In this document: piece after piece, positions 29,944 to 37,050 of the stretch | Layout: each line of letters begins with the position of its first letter | Numbering within the stretch: the stretch's first letter is position 1 | Sequence record: DRR723986_4014 | DNA: 37,050 nt | Direction: 5' to 3' (one strand) | The notes under the pieces: model-generated | The model's database searches: none | What the model was told of the DNA's origin: nothing | What the model saw: only the letters and a program-made list of their open reading frames with translations | Made by a program: the position numbers and the translations under genes

Positions 29944-30807
29944 TTGTCCGCACAAGCCGCTGCAGGTGAATGGATCAACTCAGGCGGCAAAGACTACTTT
30001 GTCCGTTGCTGGGACACGGCTGACGCGTGGGCGCGTCTCGTGATCGTGCATGGACTAGGCGAGCACAGCGGACGCTACGAATCGTTGGCAAGGACTCTCG
30101 CTGGCCACGGCATTAGTGTTGTCTCGTTTGACCAGCAAGGGCACGGAAAAGACCGCCGCTCGCGCGGATGTATCGACAGCTACTCAGCGATGTTGGATGA
30201 TATTACAAATATCTTGACCTGGGCCGGCGCACAACAACCCACTTTGCCGATGGTCCTGCTCGGTCACAGCATGGGGGGGAATCTGGCGTTGAATCACGCC
30301 CTGCGTATCGGAAGTCGATCAGAAGAGGCACTTTACAAAGCTGTGATATCGTCAAGTCCGATGATTCGTGCTCAGCGTGCCCCTGGGGCCGTTGGAGAGT
30401 TCCTTGCACGCACGATGATGTTGGTCGCGCCAAACCACCAATTGAAGTCCAAGGTCTACCCTGAGCGGTTGATGAGTGACCCAGCCGAACAGGAATCTTG
30501 GCAGCAGGATTCCGTTTTTCACTCTCGGCTCAGTCTGCGTCTTGGTGCAGCTTTGATCGATTCTGGTCGTTGGGCGTTAGAAAACGCAGACACCTTGTCC
30601 GTGCCGCTGTTACTTTCGCATGGGACTGTCGACGAGCTAACGGTGCCAACCGCTTCGGAAGAGTTTGCTGAGAAATCTAACGAATACTGCGAGCTGAAGA
30701 TGTGGGACGGTTTTCTACATGATCCATTTCGGTGCATCGGTAAAGAGCAGGTCATCGAGTACTGGGCAAGCTTTCTGCGACGTCACGTCGAGCGAGGCTC
30801 AGAGTGA
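29944..30807 (+). CDS. Alpha/beta hydrolase (lysophospholipase / monoacylglycerol lipase family)
   Basis: HGLGEHSGRY, FDQQGHG, nucleophile elbow GHSMGG, HGTVD, LHD. TTG start after GGAG. Confidence 0.92.
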   Translation: MSAQAAAGEWINSGGKDYFVRCWDTADAWARLVIVHGLGEHSGRYESLARTLAGHGISVVSFDQQGHGKDRRSRGCIDSYSAMLDDITNILTWAGAQQPTLPMVLLGHSMGGNLALNHALRIGSRSEEALYKAVISSSPMIRAQRAPGAVGEFLARTMMLVAPNHQLKSKVYPERLMSDPAEQESWQQDSVFHSRLSLRLGAALIDSGRWALENADTLSVPLLLSHGTVDELTVPTASEEFAEKSNEYCELKMWDGFLHDPFRCIGKEQVIEYWASFLRRHVERGSE

Positions 30808-31409
30808 TCATCGAAGGTTTATTGACGACCCTAAATGACCAAGGTCAACCGCATGTCGCTCCGATGGGCCCAGTTGTTTCGCCTGACTTTGAGTCGTGGA
30901 AACTCCGGCCGTTCCAATCGTCGTCAACGTTTGGATATCTGCGGAATCACGGATTTGGGATCTTCCATGTAATTGATGATGTTCGCCCCGTCGTGCGGCG
31001 AGCCCTAGGCTTGGAACACCCGTTCGAATTCGACATGCACCCAAGTGGCGGAGCCATTATCCGCGACGCCTGCAGGTGGTTCCGACTAGAGGTTACCCAA
31101 TGGAATGTCGACAATATCCGAAGCGAGGCGGAGGCCGCCGTCGAAAGCCGGGGTGAACTGAGACCTTTCTGGGGCTGGAACCGGGCTAAGCATAGCGTTC
31201 TGGAAGCTACCATACTCCTCACGCGTCGGCATCTGGTTCCCATAGAAGACATCGCCGAGCAGATCACTCGACTCGAGTCTGCAGTTGAGAAGACAGCGGG
31301 TCCGGACGAGTCCGAAGCGTGGGAGATCGTCCAATCGGTACTTCGCCAATCCATCAAGGACGCTGCAGCGCAGGCTTCCGGTCACGATGGAAAGGGGCTG
31401 CACAGCTAA
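30804..31409 (+). CDS. DUF447 family protein (associated with tetrahydromethanopterin gene clusters)
   Basis: MIIEG..TT..PHVAPMGP, LRPFQSSST, NRAKHSVLEATILLTR, VEKTAG. GTG start overlaps the upstream TGA. Confidence 0.85.
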   Translation: MIIEGLLTTLNDQGQPHVAPMGPVVSPDFESWKLRPFQSSSTFGYLRNHGFGIFHVIDDVRPVVRRALGLEHPFEFDMHPSGGAIIRDACRWFRLEVTQWNVDNIRSEAEAAVESRGELRPFWGWNRAKHSVLEATILLTRRHLVPIEDIAEQITRLESAVEKTAGPDESEAWEIVQSVLRQSIKDAAAQASGHDGKGLHS

Positions 31410-32533
31410 TGACTCGCGGTGTATCGATTGATCAGGAAGTTAATGTCCAAACCGGTTGCAGGATACATTTCGGATTGGCGGAAATTTATGCCGGTGCACC
31501 ACATCGCTACTCTGGACTTGGCCTGGCCCTCGAGTCGCCTGGTTTTTCTTTGACGGCCCAATCCACGCAGAAGAACCACACGAGCTCTCGCAAAACAGCC
31601 GGACCACTGGATCCAGAAATAGTACTGTTGGACGCTGAGGCACTGCCTGCTGAAACCGCCGACCGGATTTTGCGCGTAGCCAAGTCCGTTGCCCTAGGCC
31701 AATCTCCTGATTTCGATAACGTACGCTCCCGCGACGAGAGTCCGAGCACTTTAATACGCCTGATTTGTGCTTCCCATATACCGTTGCATCACGGATTAGG
31801 AGCGGGAACGCAACTTGCCTTGGCAGTTGCACGGGCCGTTAGTGGTCTGATCGGGCAAGGCGAGTCTCTTACTCGCGTCGATTCCAACCAACGACCACAA
31901 TGGCAAGAACAAGCGGCCTATCTCGCTCAGCTTGCACAACGAGGGAAACGCTCTGCCATCGGCATCTCAGCATTCTCTGCCGGAGGACTGGTGCTTGATC
32001 GAGGCTACACCGCTACGGAAAGCAATGCTGGGCGCCCCATCGATTGTACTTCGACCGCGTTGCCCGAACACTGGCGCATCGTGTTAGGGTTCCCGGATAC
32101 ACAGGCGGGATTGGCCGGGCAGCGTGAGTCCGCAGCAATGAGTGAGGTTGCGAATAGGCCCAACCCCAGCCGGAATCGCATGCTTGCCATTGGTGAGCAG
32201 CTTGTAAGCGATCAGACCACATCTACCGACTTCGACTCGTTTACCGGGGTTCTGGAAGAGTACCTAAACCTGGCTTCTCAGCTTTTTGCACCGGTGCAAG
32301 GCGGGGCATATAACGGCCCGGAAATTACCGCCACCGTCGACGCTTTCAGAAACGTCGGACTTCGAGCCGTTGGTCAAAGCAGTTGGGGGCCGTGCGTTTT
32401 TGGCTTCGCGAAAAGCCAAGACGATGCGATGATCGCAGAACGACGACTCCGAGAATACTCAACTCAGAAGTTGCTGATCACAAAGCCGTCTAAGAGTGGG
32501 GCCGACGTGAGATACCAAACTTCTCGCGATTGA
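31409..32533 (+). CDS. mptG: Beta-ribofuranosylaminobenzene 5'-phosphate (beta-RFAP) synthase, GHMP family
   Basis: RIHFGL, IPLHHGLGAGTQLALAVA, RGKRSAIG..F..GGLVLD.G, GQSSWGP. ATG 31409 overlaps the DUF447 stop (TAATG). Confidence 0.85.
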   Translation: MTRGVSIDQEVNVQTGCRIHFGLAEIYAGAPHRYSGLGLALESPGFSLTAQSTQKNHTSSRKTAGPLDPEIVLLDAEALPAETADRILRVAKSVALGQSPDFDNVRSRDESPSTLIRLICASHIPLHHGLGAGTQLALAVARAVSGLIGQGESLTRVDSNQRPQWQEQAAYLAQLAQRGKRSAIGISAFSAGGLVLDRGYTATESNAGRPIDCTSTALPEHWRIVLGFPDTQAGLAGQRESAAMSEVANRPNPSRNRMLAIGEQLVSDQTTSTDFDSFTGVLEEYLNLASQLFAPVQGGAYNGPEITATVDAFRNVGLRAVGQSSWGPCVFGFAKSQDDAMIAERRLREYSTQKLLITKPSKSGADVRYQTSRD

Positions 32534-32962
32534 GGAACGTTCGGCACTCGGACATAGCGCAAGGCTTTTTTAGTGGGCTCGCAAGATTCAGTGAGCCGTC
32601 GGCCGTCAGGCTCCGGGCGAACGCACACATCGTTGGGCCGTTCAGGCAAGCTCCACTGTTTGGCAATCAATGCACGTTATTGGCCAGACGCTCTCTGTTG
32701 AGTTGCGGTTCCGCCTGTGCGGCCTGATTGCGCCGCTCCGCGGACTCGGCTGTAGCATCCAATTGCAACGCTAGTGCTTTCGGGGGCCCAGCAGCAGTCG
32801 CTTGCAATTGTTTCGGCCGAAGTAAACAATGTGTCTTCGCATTCGTGAACCTGATTTCGGTCAGCAAACGCGTACTAGAGCCCGGGCCGCGTTATCGGTG
32901 GCTCTGAACCCGGTGTCTGTTTCTTTGTTCCTGACAATACGAACTCAATGTGGGGAATAACG

Positions 32963-33673
32963 ATGGCAAAGCTGAAGTCGCTGTCGTTTCAATGTGACGC
33001 GTGCAAGAAGAAAGTAACTCTTGCGGGCGTGAGTCGTTGCCGAGCCAAATGCCGTGATTGCTCCAATGAGTTATGGACATTGCACGCTGACTATGAACAA
33101 CCGCAACAGTTCGATGATGGTTTGCCAGATGGAATCCTCGCCACTGTGCTTTCCCTTTTATTCTTTGGCAGTTTGCTTATCTGGTACTTTCGGGCAAGCA
33201 GAACAACGCAAAAGACAACCAACAGTTTCGCGGCTATTTATGGTGTGCACGGCGATCAGTTAAGACAACTACTGCTACCACGAAGGAAAGCGAAACGTCG
33301 AATCTCGGCCTTCATCCAGCATCGCGAACGTGAGATTCAGCGAGAACGCATGGAACAGAATAATGCCGTACGTTGCCTGCGATGTAACGTACTTTTCGTT
33401 CCCTCTACAGACAAACCTTGGACACTGACACAAACCTGCAGTCGTGTATGCTGCACGGCCATGTGTGGCGCCGATAACTATGGTGATATCGAGTCGAAAG
33501 TTGGTGAGGCCACGGAAGAGATTGCAAACAAACTTATACAGCAGAAGAAAGCTGACAGGAGAATAGCTGTACAGTGTAACTGTGGACACAAATTTACGGT
33601 TGCTCAGATGTATCAGGGCTCATACCGCAAATGCCCAAGCTGTGGCACCAAGCTGCTCGTCAATTCGACATGA
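32963..33673 (+). CDS. Hypothetical multi-zinc-ribbon protein with one hydrophobic segment
   Basis: CDAC/CRDC, CLRC/CSRVC and CNCGH/CPSCG pairs; hydrophobic GILATVLSLLFFGSLLIWYF. ATG 32963 follows GGGGA (alternative start 32948). Confidence 0.75.
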   Translation: MAKLKSLSFQCDACKKKVTLAGVSRCRAKCRDCSNELWTLHADYEQPQQFDDGLPDGILATVLSLLFFGSLLIWYFRASRTTQKTTNSFAAIYGVHGDQLRQLLLPRRKAKRRISAFIQHREREIQRERMEQNNAVRCLRCNVLFVPSTDKPWTLTQTCSRVCCTAMCGADNYGDIESKVGEATEEIANKLIQQKKADRRIAVQCNCGHKFTVAQMYQGSYRKCPSCGTKLLVNST

Positions 33674-33690
33674 CTCAGCAACTAAGCACT

Positions 33691-35094
33691 TTACCAGTCC
33701 TTCTCCTCATTCTCAGTCTGTGGGCCAAGCTTACCCCGTACCGCCTCGAGCAACTCCGCCGCATTGTGCTGTTTACCGGCTCGAATAACGGTTCTGACGT
33801 TCCGCGTGTTGCGAATGTCCAGTAGAGGGTTTCCACGAACAACTACTGCATCGGCTACTTTTCCAGTTGCTATGCTTCCGTGATCTTTGTCGATTCCCAA
33901 CGCCTTGGCACCGTTTATGGTTGCAATCCGCAGGACGTCGCGCGCCGGGATTCCATTGCGGAACAGGGCGTCCATCTCGCGATGAATCCCGAAGCCCGCC
34001 ACATGATTGCCGTCGCTGACGTGATCCGTGCCCAGCGTTATCATGCCGCCAGCATCAAAAAATGCTTTTATGGTCTTCTGTTTGGCCTGGTAAATCCTTT
34101 GGTAGATCTCCATGCCTTGCGGTGGCTTCCGATTGCGAGCAACTTCTTGCATATGGGGCGTAAAAAACTCGCGTTCGTCGATCCAGTACTGATACTCCTC
34201 TAAATTCGTCTCGGCGGTTCGTCCTAAGTAGCCGTAGGCCGTCAATGTGCAGTCGAAGAACACTCCCGAATCAACGAAGCGTTTACATATCTTATTGAAC
34301 TCAGGAGTTCCCGAGCGAATATTCTGCAAAGAACGATAGGCAGATTGCTCTGATGACATTGCGTCACCGCCCAGAAAGTGCTCGATGCGATCGATCCCCA
34401 TGTCAATCGCGTCACGAGGGTTGACGCTATTGCGATAACCGGAGTCCAGATGTCCCGTCACTGTCAGCCCCAGTTGATGGGCTTCGTCGATTAAGATCCG
34501 CAACGACTCTGGGTCGATTGATTTCGCTTTGAATCCACCGGCACCCTGCTTCGCCCAGTAGCGAACCTCGTTTCGCAAGTCCTCTTCACCGCGCGTGCTA
34601 TCCCAACCTGGTCGTGCTCGACCGAAGTACGGTCCACTGGTGATCAGACGAGGCCCAATCTGTTCGCCGCTTTCAATCCGCTCCCGTAATCGCACCATCT
34701 GCGCGGGCTCAAATTCCCCTGCTGAGAAAGTCACCGTGGCACCGTTGGCGAGGTAGAGCAAGGGCATGTACCGAAACTCTTCACGCCGCCGTTTGATCAA
34801 TCGTACGTTGTAATGTGCGTGACAATCGACAAAACCAGGCAGCAGGTATTCGTCGTCGGCAAGTTGCAGTACTTCGGTAGCCTGATCGGCGTCCACGAAG
34901 CGGCCCTCGTGAACATAAACGCCGCGACAAGGGCGGAAAACTCCAATCTCTGTGTCGAACACGTAGCCGCCCACGATCTTCAGGTCTGCGACTCGATCGT
35001 TATCAGTGCCTTCGGCGGACTGAGTCGCGATGGCGAACGCAACAATAAAGCTGCACAAGAGACACGGTCGACCTGACAGGACTGCTAGCGACAT
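33691..35094 (-). CDS. Secreted metal-dependent amidohydrolase (amidohydrolase superfamily); alternative start 35151
   Basis: LLPGFVDCHAH, FKAK, TGHL, IEHF, LGTDH, ATINGAKALG, GKVADAVVV. Signal-peptide-like N-terminus. Confidence 0.88.
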   Translation of the reverse strand: MSLAVLSGRPCLLCSFIVAFAIATQSAEGTDNDRVADLKIVGGYVFDTEIGVFRPCRGVYVHEGRFVDADQATEVLQLADDEYLLPGFVDCHAHYNVRLIKRRREEFRYMPLLYLANGATVTFSAGEFEPAQMVRLRERIESGEQIGPRLITSGPYFGRARPGWDSTRGEEDLRNEVRYWAKQGAGGFKAKSIDPESLRILIDEAHQLGLTVTGHLDSGYRNSVNPRDAIDMGIDRIEHFLGGDAMSSEQSAYRSLQNIRSGTPEFNKICKRFVDSGVFFDCTLTAYGYLGRTAETNLEEYQYWIDEREFFTPHMQEVARNRKPPQGMEIYQRIYQAKQKTIKAFFDAGGMITLGTDHVSDGNHVAGFGIHREMDALFRNGIPARDVLRIATINGAKALGIDKDHGSIATGKVADAVVVRGNPLLDIRNTRNVRTVIRAGKQHNAAELLEAVRGKLGPQTENEEKDW

Positions 35095-35380
35095 TTGATG
35101 CGGAACCTTTTGCAACGAGAAGCAGCGAACGAGAACTCTGAAAGTGAACATACTGCGGGGGATGTCATCCTAAACAACCATCGTAGAACATCTCGGCCAG
35201 TTGTGTCGCTGTGAGCCCGCAAAAATGCTCTGCCTTGACCGCTACTAGACAATTTCTCCGTAACGCATCAAACTAAATTTTGCTGCGGATTCGTCCCGGC
35301 TGGCCGCCTGGCCTCACCTTCCGCTTCCCGCGATCAGAACGGAAAGCGCCCGTTTCCCCCACCTTACAAGGACCTACCTC

Positions 35381-35878
35381 GTGCTCTTTCAACTGAAAAC
35401 GCTAACGTCACTTTCACGCGCTCTATCACTGGCGGCTGTGCTCGGAATCCTTAGTGGCTGTAACCCAACGGTGCCCGATACATCCGGCGATACTGGTAAC
35501 GAACCCGCCGATGAAGCGACAGCCACCACCGAGGGTGACAGCGGTGATTCCGCCGCGGATAACACGCAGGGTGAAGAAACTCAGAGCGAAGATTCTGCGA
35601 GTGTGCCACGCGACGATGAAAACGCAATCGTTATCGACGTTCGAAGCGCCGCTGAATGGGACACAGGCCACGTCGCTTCGGCCGTCAACATCCCTCACAC
35701 TGAAATCGCGGATCGTATATCTGAAGTAACTGAAGACAAGGATGCCAACATCGTCCTGTATTGCAAGAGTGGTGGCCGCGCTGGAATGGCTAAGAAGGCA
35801 CTGGAAGAGCTTGGTTTTTCGACCGTCGAAAATGCAGGCGGATATAGCGACGTCAAGGACCGCTTCCCCGCTGAATAG
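35381..35878 (+). CDS. Rhodanese-domain lipoprotein (PspE-like sulfurtransferase)
   Basis: Lipobox LSGC, acidic linker, IDVRSAAEWDTGH, active-site YCKSGGRA, NAGG. GTG start after AAGGA. Confidence 0.92.
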   Translation: MLFQLKTLTSLSRALSLAAVLGILSGCNPTVPDTSGDTGNEPADEATATTEGDSGDSAADNTQGEETQSEDSASVPRDDENAIVIDVRSAAEWDTGHVASAVNIPHTEIADRISEVTEDKDANIVLYCKSGGRAGMAKKALEELGFSTVENAGGYSDVKDRFPAE

Positions 35879-36139
35879 CTGTGCTTACGATTCGGTCGCT
35901 TGCCTAGCACGTCGCACAATCGACCTGACATATCATTTTCTCCTCTCACTGTTCGCGACCAAACAACTGCTAGCCCCCTGAAGTATGGGGAAATCACAGC
36001 CTAGAACCCGGACGGCGCCCCAAATCTTAGAAACGCAAATTTCCAGACGGTGCAACTGGTTGACTCCGCTCGCTGAGCACTCCAAACTGTACCGCGTTTT
36101 TGAGCGTTGTTTTTAAGCTAGTGTGCGGCGGGGATCGTA

Positions 36140-36790
36140 ATGGCATTCATGAAGTGGATTATTGGCGGGTTGCTTGGAGCCTTCATTGGTGGGCTGATCT
36201 GGGTGTTGATCGGTTATTTCGCCCATGCAGAAGTCGGCATAGTTGCATGGGGCATCGGGATCCTCGTCGGTGTCGGAGTACGTTTTGGAGCGTATCTAGA
36301 TGACCAAGAGGAATCTGAGTTGCAGGGGTTCGTCGCTGGCGGGCTGGCGTTGGCGGCTGTTATTGCTGCGAAGTATCTAGTCTTCCACCTTACCGTTACA
36401 ATGCCTATCAGCAACGTGATGGATGAATCGTTTATGGACACTCCGGATGAGGTGGTCTTGCTGAACGGCCTTAGCGAAGAGTTGCTTGACGAGTATGAAG
36501 AAAAGGGGCGTAAGGTTGAGTGGTTGGCAGGCAACTCGCGAGAGAACGCTTCCTCTCCAACTGACTATCCTGACGCCATTCGGGCTGAGGCAAAGAAACG
36601 CCTCGCGAAGATGCCACAGGAGGATCGCCAGAAGCGAATCGAAGAGCATCAGCGAATCCTTCAAGAGCTTCGTACAGTCTTGCAAGATCAAATGCCTGGA
36701 TTCACCGATACGTTCTCTCCGTACGATGCGCTTTGGATATTTCTCGCCGTTGCATCGGCGTATCGGCTTGGTAACGGGACGAACGAGTAG
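36140..36790 (+). CDS. Hypothetical membrane protein
   Basis: Three Gly-rich N-terminal TM helices, a soluble helical insert and a C-terminal TM (FSPYDALWIFLAVASAYRLG). GGGGA upstream. Confidence 0.8.
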   Translation: MAFMKWIIGGLLGAFIGGLIWVLIGYFAHAEVGIVAWGIGILVGVGVRFGAYLDDQEESELQGFVAGGLALAAVIAAKYLVFHLTVTMPISNVMDESFMDTPDEVVLLNGLSEELLDEYEEKGRKVEWLAGNSRENASSPTDYPDAIRAEAKKRLAKMPQEDRQKRIEEHQRILQELRTVLQDQMPGFTDTFSPYDALWIFLAVASAYRLGNGTNE

Positions 36791-37014
36791 TCGTCCCTAC
36801 TTCATGGGGCACTGATTTGCGATGCCGAGCCTTCTTGGTTCTCAAAACCGAAGGCATCTCCACATCTTTTGATTCGACCGATATTGAACACTCGAAGTTC
36901 AGCGATTCGGGACTTCGTGACCAGTCCCAATGGCAACGTTATTGCGGATGTTGTGACCAAACCAGTGCCTCCGTATCCACGTGGGGCAGTCGCCGTATTT
37001 GTGATCTCTAGTTT

Positions 37015-37034
37015 GTAGTACCGGCTTTAGCCGG
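37015..37034 (+). repeat. Single GTAG-foot REP-like hairpin
   Basis: GTAG-TA-CCGGCT-TT-AGCCGG. Confidence 0.45.
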
Positions 37035-37050
37035 CTGGCTTGCTATTTAC

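Noticed and set aside
32530..32867. Short ORFs in the mptG to zinc-ribbon gene gap
   Set aside because: No RBS, motifs or coding-like composition support them.

Overview
Gene-dense bacterial chromosomal segment, very probably from a planctomycete (Pirellulales-like). This is supported by a DUF1501 + DUF1549/DUF1553 cytochrome-c/WD40 gene pair, an orphan TadE-TadG(vWA)-TadE cassette and archaeal-type tetrahydromethanopterin genes (DUF447, mptG). Other recognisable genes are ilvB, carA, a small surface-glycan cluster (O-antigen ligase-like, polysaccharide deacetylase, GT4), a DksA/TraR protein, an oversized TolC-like lipoprotein, a TerB-like/SpoVK-CbbX AAA ATPase, an alpha/beta hydrolase, an amidohydrolase and a rhodanese lipoprotein. 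I saw no rRNA, tRNA, CRISPR array, integrase or transposase; there are a few REP-like palindromes. The three most interesting candidates: (1) a protein that appears to fuse a degenerate LeuA allosteric-like domain to a Coq4-type HDxxH-x11-E metal domain, beside ilvB; (2) a stand-alone N-terminal half of Tpt1/KptA directly upstream of a SAM methyltransferase; (3) a 36-aa membrane microprotein missing from the ORF track, behind a coiled-coil envelope protein. All family assignments are by motif recognition only; no searches were run.
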